Below are positions 15,219-23,239 of a stretch of 64,000 bases of DNA, in pieces. Below the pieces are notes generated by a model, which worked only from the letters and a program-made list of their open reading frames with translations, did no database searches and was not told where the DNA came from. How positions within the stretch are numbered: position 1 is the stretch's first letter; each line of letters opens with the position of its first letter. This stretch comes from Octopus vulgaris (lineage: Eukaryota): positions 59,830,001 through 59,894,000 of the forward strand of contig OX597828.1 in NCBI GenBank assembly GCA_951406725.2. Reading direction: 5' to 3'. A program made the position numbers and the translations under genes.

Positions 15219-16098
15219 TAAGGAAGAATGGAGAGTTGGTAAGGATGTAAAATGAATTTATTAACATACTGCCAAAATAAAGCCTATGTACATTTCAATT
15301 CAGTCCGATATATAATTGCAAATTCAAAGATTGGAATAAATTCAAAGATTAGAATAAAATAGCATTTTGAATAATACTGGGTAGAATCTCATCAGGGTAA
15401 GAGTTCAATAGAAATAGTTACATGTTGATGGATTGGATTTTATCAATAGACAACTAATAAAATCCAATCCATCAACATGTAATAACTGAAACAAGTAAAA
15501 AAAGAAAAATAATGCATATGTATATACAATATGGCTCTATAATGTGTGTGTATATACTGTATAGCTATGGAATATGTATCTTGTGCCCAAAGTCACTCTT
15601 GCATCTAATGGTTATTATCTCTCTCTATCTCATCAGGTACCATCCGCAGTTTCCACCTGTCTGACAGTTCCCGTTCCTACCAGTGTATCAAGTTCCTTGT
15701 GCAATTGTGCAACCGATGTGGTTTGGCCAAAGATCAGTTAATGAAAACCTCTACAAAATGGCAATGGGCTGTTAATTGGCTGGAGAAAAGGTAATCTTGC
15801 TTCTCTTAGTCTAACATACTGGTTTAAATGTTCGACAACTCAGCACCATCCATTGGTTTGTTTTGTTAGAAGAATGAATGTGTGTACGAGGATGTATATA
15901 AATGGATGTGTGAGTGTATATGTTTGGAAATCCCAAAACTCACAAAATTTATTCATCGTACATGTTTCTTTGTCTGAATGCAAAGTGAAAGTTGTTAATG
16001 GTTGTTATTTTTACACTTGGATAAGCATTCACATAAAACACTTTCCTCAACAAATAGCCTGGGAAAGTTTTAATTTAAAAACATTTTCTCAGTACTAC

Positions 16099-16138
<40 letters not shown>

Positions 16139-16964
16139 TATAAGTGTGAACATGTATGTATTTATGTGTATATAAGTGTATGAATATATAAAGGTGTATA
16201 TTTGTGTATATTTATATATATATATACACATACACGAGCAAAGGCTATTTGTTGAGGATGTTTAATCCAACAAAAGCTTTCTAAGAAAGTGTTTTATGTG
16301 AATGCCTATCCAAGTGTAAAAATAACAACTGGAGTTCTCTGGAGGCACATGGCCTAGTGGTCAGAACAGTGGACTCGAGGTTGAAGGATTGCTGGTTCAA
16401 ATTTCAGATCAGGCAATGTATATGTTTACGTGCGAAACACCTAAGCTACACATGGCTCTGGCAGAAGGTAATAGCAAACTTTTGCTGCCACAGCTTTCTC
16501 TCTTTCCTCCTGCATCTAGTGATGGACCGGCTTCCCATCCAGAAGCTTATACGCCAATGAAACCAGGAAACCAGCCCTTATGGCTCTAGAAGGAACAAAC
16601 AACATGGAGTTCTGACTCATACAGTTTAGATATGTGTGTGTGTGTGTGTTTGTATATCTATATATATATATCACTACACCATTGGTGTAAATACTATGAG
16701 CTATGAACACTACTATATATATATATATATAGCCACTAGCTATGTATAATACCAGTGGTTATTCAATTTATAAGGATATTCTAAGTAAAATATCTGTTAA
16801 TGCCACTGTTAATCTCTCTTTCTCTTTTTTCATGCCCACCACTACCAAACATATCACAGATGTCTGACTACTGGGTACCATCTAATGCCATCCCCGTTTC
16901 CAATGAGGACTCAAACCAGAAATCCTTCCAGAGGACAGTCAGTGCCCAGGTAAATAGCCATTTA

Positions 16965-17015
<51 letters not shown>

Positions 17016-17607
17016 CTCTACCCATGTCTCTTAATCTGCCTCCAATATCTCTGTTTTGCCTCTCTACTTCTTCTGCTACTTCTCTCTTCGCACACACTGC
17101 CTGATTGGATGCGTAACAGCTATATCATAGTTATACATGTCTTCTCTGTTGGTCCCTATAAGTTCATCTTAAACCTGTCTTCTTTTTTTTTTTCTTTTCT
17201 TCCTTCAGGACACCCTTGACAGTGCCACAGCTCTGCTCACTGAACTGGAAGCCAATGGTAACATGGCCAGCCGCACCAGCTCCTTACTGGTTCAACAGAG
17301 TAACCAGAAACTTGGCTACAATATGATGCAGTCCATTTCGGACAACACGGCTCCATCGCAGCTATCTCCTGGCCGACAGCTTCAAACTGGCAATGGGCTG
17401 ACACCTCTTGTAGTAGAGACAATCTTGACAAATAGTGAGACTAGTGGCACTCTGACTCTATCGGCTCATGGTCGGCAGACCGTCACCACCACCTCCACTA
17501 CCACCACCACCATCACCACTACTGCTACTGAGAATACAACCATTACCACTGCCTCAACGACAACATCAACAACATCAACACCAACACTCTCCTTGTCTGA
17601 TGGTTAA
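522..17607 (+). CDS. USP24: Ubiquitin carboxyl-terminal hydrolase 24-like gene, 3' portion (11 exons; 5' part lies upstream of the window)
   Basis: GT-AG exons 522-621, 1546-1665, 1967-2053, 10991-11102, 11564-11682, 11928-12041, 12136-12201, 14870-14963, 15637-15790, 16860-16949, 17209-17607 splice to FLLECPNKDVR...NKDLPDNIKNSTQYF...RRWIPIQARDFGHL...CSFCNSTFS...TAPCNEVRNIF...LEDPLQ...DSSRSYQCIKFLV...WQWAVNWLEK/MSDYW...VSNEDSNQKSFQRTVSAQDTLDSATALL, collinear with the recalled USP24 C-terminus. Phases are consistent except at 15790/16860. Confidence 0.92.
1546..1665 (+). CDS. USP24: USP24-like exon (TYKSFDQLVGHLLHMLNKDLPDNIKNSTQYFLVLKSYVQM)
   Basis: ttttcag acceptor, gtaag donor, 120 nt, phase 0/0. 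Confidence 0.9.
1967..2053 (+). CDS. USP24: USP24-like exon (GTKACSHMFHRKGFNHLINFLLGTVDKEE)
   Basis: tgtcag acceptor, gtaggt donor, phase 0/0. Confidence 0.85.
2191..2418. mobile_element. piggyBac-type MITE
   Basis: TTAA at 2187-2190 and 2419-2422; imperfect TIRs cccttttgttacc / ggtattgaaatgg; no coding capacity. Confidence 0.7.
3874..6065 (-). mobile_element. hAT (Charlie/GTF2IRD2/SPIN-like) DNA transposon, near full length, transposase disrupted
   Basis: TIRs caggtgtgtcaaactca / tgagtttgacacctgcg; 8-bp TSD-like flanks gtctaagg / atctaaag; minus-strand fragments from ATG 5688 (MAKRKVDSENRAF), SLSRNTIA, YHTEVWWLSWGKVL, LAFLFDITTHLNILNLQLQG, CEQLFS. Confidence 0.9.
6711..9750 (-). mobile_element. 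RTE-clade LINE, 5'-truncated, young (APE endonuclease C-terminus + RT + PHD-like finger + repetitive 3'UTR + (GAT)n tail)
   Basis: ORFs 8917-9804, 8509-8889, 7279-8502: KAPGPSGI, NYRGIKLL, QFGFVPGRSTTDAIF, DLEKAFD, GVHQGS, LLYADD, YLG, RGRPRKT; few stops. Confidence 0.95.
10991..11102 (+). CDS. USP24: USP24-like exon (ELSSRRWIPIQARDFGHLQTTLATLILNCDVSSYRTD)
   Basis: ttttctttag acceptor, gtaggt donor; RRW..QAR.FG.L motif. Confidence 0.9.
11564..11682 (+). CDS. USP24: USP24-like exon (PDPFKVYTPQTVSPQLYLKMSDDMFYFVFGAGSYRYINE)
   Basis: tttcacag acceptor, gtgagt donor; phase 1/0 fits both neighbours. Confidence 0.85.
11928..12041 (+). CDS. USP24: USP24-like exon (VVYAVREVSSNLDSVTDMLLACSFCNSTFSMTVLECLM)
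   Basis: aag acceptor, gtaagg donor; C.FCN..FS motif. Confidence 0.88.
12136..12201 (+). CDS. USP24: USP24-like exon (VQYQTAPCNEVRNIFSLLMEIL)
   Basis: catag acceptor, gtaaga donor, 66 nt. Confidence 0.88.
12336..13090 (-). mobile_element. RTE LINE 3'-end remnant, interrupted by a SINE
   Basis: catcatcatttaacgtcc tail and shared 3'UTR motif ggctgcaccagactccagtctgat; resumes after 12958 with tgcctctgtgaggcccaacac. Confidence 0.75.
12558..12958 (+). mobile_element. tRNA-derived SINE (long family), full length
   Basis: A-box-like tggctgtgtggtaag, B-box-like gggttcagtccc, conserved body and gactgaaacaagtaaaaga tail; second copy at 48008-48396 on -. Confidence 0.85.
13098..13295 (+). mobile_element. 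tRNA-derived SINE (short family, ggcgagctggcagaa head)
   Basis: head aggtggcaagctggcagaa, gagttcaaatt B-box, gcctttcatcctttggggtc core shared with about 10 copies in the window. Confidence 0.75.
14870..14963 (+). CDS. USP24: USP24-like exon (LLEDPLQLKRLKWVVIDGHMNENGKKFEGLL)
   Basis: gtcag acceptor, gtaagt donor; EDP.Q..R motif. Confidence 0.88.
15418..15482. repeat. Perfect 26-bp inverted repeat (13-nt loop) in a USP24 intron
   Basis: 15418-15443 ttacatgttgatggattggattttat is the exact reverse complement of 15457-15482. Confidence 0.95.
15637..15790 (+). CDS. USP24: USP24-like exon (TIRSFHLSDSSRSYQCIKFLVQLCNRCGLAKDQLMKTSTKWQWAVNWLEK)
   Basis: catcag acceptor, gtaatc donor; DSSR.YQC.KFLV and W.WAV.WL motifs; ends in phase 2. 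Confidence 0.88.
16001..16329. repeat. Inverted repeat with ~60-bp arms flanking a TA/TG microsatellite
   Basis: 16001-16060 pairs with 16242-16329 (one mismatch plus a ~28-nt insertion in the right arm). Confidence 0.85.
16860..16949 (+). CDS. USP24: USP24-like exon (MSDYWVPSNAIPVSNEDSNQKSFQRTVSAQ)
   Basis: cacag acceptor, gtaaat donor; VSNE.S..K.FQRT.SAQ motif of the USP9/USP24 family. Confidence 0.9.
17209..17607 (+). CDS. USP24: USP24-like terminal coding exon (DTLDSATALL... then Thr/Ser-rich tail, TAA)
   Basis: long polypyrimidine tract + cag; in frame with ORF 17263..17607. Confidence 0.85.
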   Translation, partial: DTLDSATALLTELEANGNMASRTSSLLVQQSNQKLGYNMMQSISDNTAPSQLSPGRQLQTGNGLTPLVVETILTNSETSGTLTLSAHGRQTVTTTSTTTTTITTTATENTTITTASTTTSTTSTPTLSLSDG

Positions 17608-17954
17608 ACCCTAAACAAAACAAAGCAAACCCTTTCGGTAGTGGTGGTCATGGCAGAGGGGTTGTTTCTCAACAGACTGCAGAGTAGTTGTGTTGGTGTG
17701 TCGGGGGAAGGGTTGGGTGTCGTAGAAATGACCCACCCCACCCCACCTTCTGCTGCTGCTGCTATTATTATTACTACTACCACCACTACCAGTGTCACCA
17801 CTGCATCCTTGACATCAGCACAAGAGAATGTATTGGCGTTCTACCTCACCCCACCACCACCACCACTACTGCCCTCTCTCCCCCTTTTTTTCCAGAGAGT
17901 TTTTTTCTAATTAATTTTTCTTTCTCTCAAGTGGTCTGATTGTAGTGGATTGTT

Positions 17955-18372
17955 TGAATTGGCGGAGTGTCAGACAAAATGCCTTGTGATATTGAGTTGT
18001 GGCTTTTTGCATTCTCAATTCAAATCGCTAAGTCAACCTTGCCTTTCATCCTTTTGGAGTTAATAAAAGAACGAACCATTTGAATACAGGGTTTGATATT
18101 ATCCATAGACCCCCCCCTCCCACAAATTTCAGGGCTTGTGTGTATTATTGTTGTTATTATTATTAAGGTGGCAGAGCCTTCAGCCTGCTGGACAAAATGC
18201 TTAGTGACATTTTGCCATCTTTACATTCTGAGTACAAATTCTGCTGGGGTCAACTTCACCTTTCATCCTTTTGGAGTGAATAAAATAAAGTACCAGTTGA
18301 GTACTGGGGTCAATGTAATCAACTTGCCCCTTCTCCAAAATTGCTGGCCTTGTGCCAAAATTTGAAACCATT
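17955..18372 (+). mobile_element. Two adjacent short-family SINEs in the USP24 3'UTR
   Basis: gcctttcatccttttggagt core at ~18041 and ~18259; ttgtgccaaaatttgaaacc-(att)n tail. Confidence 0.7.
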
Positions 18373-18990
18373 ATTATTATTATTATTATTATTATTACTA
18401 CAGAAATTAGGTTCCAGACTAAATGACTTCCAGTATTTAGCTTTCGTCTTGTATGAGTTGAAATCGCACCCTGATCAAATTTACTTTTCATCCCGTTTTA
18501 GGCTCAACAACATAGGCCCCAGCCATATCTTTGGGGTGGGGGCTGAAACAATCTGCTATAAACCACTCATTCTTCCCTACATCTTTTTGGCCCTGTGCCA
18601 ATCGATGAAATTGTGTTTCGCTGCAATTCAGTTTGAACCCTTGACCTGGTTATTTACCATCTTGTCAATATTTTTATCTTCAAATCTCCATCAATGCAGC
18701 TTCAAGTGTCTTTGTCCTGTTTGTGTTGAGATGATGAAATTGAGACGACTGGATAGGTGGGAGTCATCTCTCCCTCTTGACCCTGGGGCAGAAATCCACA
18801 CACACACACTCACACACACTGCCTCTCTACTCTGGGGCAGAGACCTACTTATATACACATCACACCCTACTCTGGGATAAAACACTAAAGACTATAAAAG
18901 ATATGAACAAACCAAGTTAATTAATCCATGGAGGACACAGGTTGTGTTGTGTTTGTGCCGTGACACTTCGTTAAACCTACTTCGATATTT

Positions 18991-18996
18991 AATAAA
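18991..18996 (+). promoter_or_regulatory. Candidate polyadenylation signal of the USP24-like gene
   Basis: AATAAA about 1.4 kb after the stop, followed by a T/GT-rich tract (19050-19110). Confidence 0.35.
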
Positions 18997-19610
18997 CAAT
19001 CATGATGATGATAAGAATTTAAGTAAAAACAGTTAAAAAAGATGAATTATGTTTTTTCTTTTCTGTGCTTGCTGACTTCCATTTGACTGTTTTTTGTGTG
19101 TTTGTATCAGTTTCACTTGGTACTCTCAATATACAAGTACCTCATTTAGTACTCTTAGTATACAGGGACCTCACACCTCACCTGTGACTATCTTAGAATT
19201 GGCTTGTCATACCTACATAGTTTTCACTGCTAAAGGTTGTCGACCGTGTGTCAAGACTTGAATTTAATACCCCTGCAGGGAGTTTAACATAGTACTTTAC
19301 TGAAAAACCAATTTTATACACCTTGTTATGAAGGGCATCTAGCCATAAATGGTAACATTCTAATTGCATGTCTGTCATACTGGAGTCAAGATTTTTCCAT
19401 GAGAAGTTGTTACTTGACTTAGTGAGACTCATTGATTTCCAATTTATGCACAGTGTCAGGTAATGTTCCTCCTTCAAAGGAGTAACATGCTGCTTGTATT
19501 CATGATCAGAGGCGTAGCTAGGGCAAGCATCAAAATTGCGCCATGACTCCAAAAGTAAAAAGTGGAGACTTGCATAGAAAAAAATAAATAACTGGTTTTA
19601 AAAAATTGAA

Positions 19611-19910
19611 ATAATAATGTAGTCCTAGATACACTATGCCTGAATGAAATACGGGATGGTCACAGCTGGAACATCTTTGATGATATGTCTGCTGGATCAG
19701 ACTGACCTGGGGCTAAACAAGAAGAAGGCCACATTAGATATTGTAGTCCTAGATACACTTTGCCTGAATCAAAGACGGGATGGTCATAGCTGGAACATAT
19801 TTGATCATAGGTCTACTGGATCAGACTGACCTGCGGCTAAACAACAAGAAGGACACATTAGATATTGTAGTCCTAGATACACTATGCCTGAATCAAAGAT
19901 GGGATGGTCA
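19611..19910 (+). repeat. 124-bp tandem repeat, about 2.4 copies (related units at ~1255-1480)
   Basis: agtcctagatacact recurs at 19621, 19745, 19869. Confidence 0.85.
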
Positions 19911-20499
19911 CAGAACACCAACAATAAGAAGAATAAAAACTGGTATTTCTAACATATCAAAATCATTTGTTATAACATCTGCCTTTTTTATGTTTGGATG
20001 GGATTTATCTTGGATTGGGACAGATTCTCTACAGATGGATGCCCTTCTTGTTGCCAGCCTCACCTATTTCCAACCAATGTAATATTTTTGTGTGTGTGGC
20101 AAATACTTAGGAGCAATAAACACTGAAAATGTGCAGAAAACAGCTTCTGTCACATGTCAGTGAGAAAAACTAGAAATATTTGATAGTTTCTGTTACCTAA
20201 GTGACCAAATCAGTAGTGATTTGAAGATAAAGAGACACAAATATGCATACACTCACACATGCACTTATGCATCTTTATCTCTTTGTGTGTGTGTGTGTAT
20301 GTATATATATAGATAAACAAATATTCTATAATTATAAGCATAATTATAATCAGGGGTCAGCTAATTGCTTCACCACACACTGAATTTAGAAATAGGAGTT
20401 AAATGCCTTTTCTACTACCATAAAAGATCTCCCAGACATTAAACCACTTTTTTACGTAGGCAAAAATAAAAAAATAACGAATCCACACGACTCAGATTA

Positions 20500-20562
20500 G
20501 CTACATACGCATTTCGAGATTAAAGTTATTTTTACTTACTTATTTCTCATCTTCAGTGCAGC
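20500..20562 (-). ncRNA. Minimal type-I hammerhead ribozyme motif (Penelope-like element remnant)
   Basis: minus strand: gctgca-CTGAAGA-t-gaga...tctc-GAAA-tgcg-TA-tgtagc; stems I and II and both core boxes present. Confidence 0.6.
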
Positions 20563-20797
20563 ATTTCAAAATATAAATTTGAGAGTGTTAGGATTAAATA
20601 TGTACACGATCAAGCGTCATCGCATAGCCAATATTCAACCACTGTATAATTTTATCTATAAAGGTTTTTTTAACGTACCGAACTACTTGGTAAAATTATT
20701 AATTATTAATTAATTCATTGATTAATTAAGTAATCAATTTTCCCCATTTATTATTATTGAAATTATATATGGATATATATATGTATATATGTGTGCG

Positions 20798-20828
<31 letters not shown>

Positions 20829-20887
20829 CATTATATATGAATATGTGTATGTATATATATATATATATGCATGTATGTGTGTATATA

Positions 20888-20952
<65 letters not shown>

Positions 20953-21040
20953 TCATTGTTTAACATCCACTTTCCATGCTACCATGGGTTGGACAATTTA
21001 ACTGAGGACTGGCGAACCAGATGGCTGCACCAGGCTCCAA

Positions 21041-21086
<46 letters not shown>

Positions 21087-21088
<2 letters not shown>

Positions 21089-21432
21089 TTCTGCTTTTGA
21101 AGCACCCATGCCACTTGGAACATTGTGTACAACCCATTGCCTCATTGCCATAAGCTTGCCAAAGCATGCTCAATGTCTCTGTAGCAGACTTCCAAAGCTT
21201 AATGCAAAATTTCACGTTAGCTCTTTGTTCCAACTTCCTGTCCATAACAAAAATCACAGACTACAGCATGACACATGATCACAAAAACACAAATTTCACA
21301 ACTTACAAAGTAAACGGTGATATCACTCAGCAGACTGCTTCATCAAGGTCACTGCTAGCTTTCACTATGCACACAACTGTGTGCTGCCATCTGTTGGCAC
21401 ACTACAGAACTAGTCTGGGAACTTTTCAATAC
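21087..21432 (-). mobile_element. Mariner transposon 5' fragment
   Basis: LEQRANVKFCIKLWKSATETLSMLWQAYG (mariner HTH); TIR remnant near 21410-21432; same family as 41832-42943. Confidence 0.85.
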
Positions 21433-22033
21433 ATACATATACATATATGATGGACTTGCTCAAGATCCTTTTCTGTTTCTATTAGAGGCTATGCTAATGT
21501 GACAATTAGAGTTGTAAAAGCATCAGATTAAATGCCTTGTGGTATTTTGTTCTATTTTTCTATATTTTGAATTCAAATCCCACCATGGCCAACACTGCCT
21601 TTTGCCCTTTCAAGTCAATAAAACAACTACAAATACAGGGCAGAGGATTGGCAGAACAGTAAAAATGTTGAAACGAATTGCTTTTTGTGTTCTGAGTTTA
21701 AATCTCATCATGGCCCACTTGGGTGGACTTAATCTACTGCCCAGTGTAACACCACCATCTAGCACTTTGGGTTCCTTTGGAAGTGCCTACTCTATTACAA
21801 ATACTCAAGCCAGGTCACTGCTTTGAGGATACTTTTCTTTCTCCCTCCCACCAGTCTTGGAACCCCTGTAAAAGTATCATGAGCCATGCCTTCCTTCTAG
21901 TCTAAAAAAAGGAGAAAAACTTTGTAACATAAATTGGAATCATGTTGGCAGACATGTAGAAGAGTTGGATAAATTAGGTACAAATCACCATAGAAACCAA
22001 TAAAGGAAAGTGTCAATACATTAACTGCATTAC

Positions 22034-22180
22034 ATTTGCAATTTGGATTTCCTCGAAAGAAGTGGCTCCTAATGTAATTGCAACATTCTCAGCAAATTTC
22101 TTGTAGGCATTCAATTTGTCCTCATGTTCTTTTGAAGTAAAATAATCAGCTGAAGACATTCCAAGGTCACCTTGATCAAT
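22034..22180 (-). CDS. Orphan neprilysin/M13 peptidase-like exon (possibly a pseudo-exon)
   Basis: strong acceptor tctctttctcttaccttttag, donor gtaatg, 147 nt phase 0/0: IDQGDLGMSSADYFTSKEHEDKLNAYKKFAENVAITLGATSFEEIQIAN; IDQ..LG...DY and E..IAN match recalled neprilysin sequence and exon borders. Confidence 0.7.
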
Positions 22181-23239
22181 CTAAAAGGTAAGAGAAAGAG
22201 AAGTATTTCAAAAGATTATAAATACAAAAGAAAAGCTAAAATTCACACCAACAAACTCCGATGGTTTTTAATACCAGAGGAACTATAAGCATGAAATCCT
22301 TAAATATTGATGCATAACATAAGATCTTCTAAGCTTCTATAATTTATAATTCACTTTCTCTTATGTCAGATGTTGAACCAAGGAGAAAGAAAAAATTGGT
22401 GGGGATGGTGATAGAAATAGTTTTCATAGTTTCATTTTAAGTACTAACATCCACAACTGCCACCTCCACATCTTGTTCCTTATATATTCAAGGTCTTCCA
22501 TCATAAATAGCAAATTTGTTTGATCTTGAAAATAAGAGTTAACTAGGTGGTACAAATAAAAAGCATTTTATACAAAAAATTAATCCTAAGCTTTCTATAG
22601 TTTTATGTTAATGACAATGCTGAGAAGATTTGAAAGAAATTGTATCAATATCTGGTCGAAAATAAACTGATTTAATCATTCAGACAAGTTGGAAACACAC
22701 CTCTAAATTAATAATAATTGGAGCTGTGACAGTAAACATCCTCCATACTTTTAACAGGGCCATTATCAAGAAAGATGAACGAAAATAGGTTTTCAAAATT
22801 TTTAGAATGCCCTGTAAAGATATGTTGAAACGGTTCATTTTCGATCAAATATCGATACTGGGACAATTTTTCCAAATCTATACAGCGTTGACTTAACCAT
22901 GAAAATTGTGATTTAAGTTACATCCATTTTTGTCATGCACGTCACGCCAGGTAAATGAGAATTGTGACTATGGACATTGTTGTCTAGCAAACTCATTAGC
23001 ATTTTTTTAAATTTCAAGATCAACGTAAATAAAAACCATGAGATTATTTTATTCAGCTCTGAAGAAATTCAGAGTAATTACCAATTAACATTTTCAGGTG
23101 AAAAAATGTTACTTAATGCGATGTCACATACATCACTCTTTCTGCATCCCCTTAAAAAACTCATTATATATGCACCTTCATTTATATACATGCATATATA
23201 TATATATATATGCATGTACATATATATATATATATATAT

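Noticed and set aside
19193-19552. 119-aa minus-strand ORF
   Set aside because: No motif I can assign; possibly decayed transposase; no convincing splice context.
20763-21086. YI/HT-repeat ORFs (also near 9900, 41090, 47830, 60270)
   Set aside because: Translations of (TA)n/(CA)n microsatellites.
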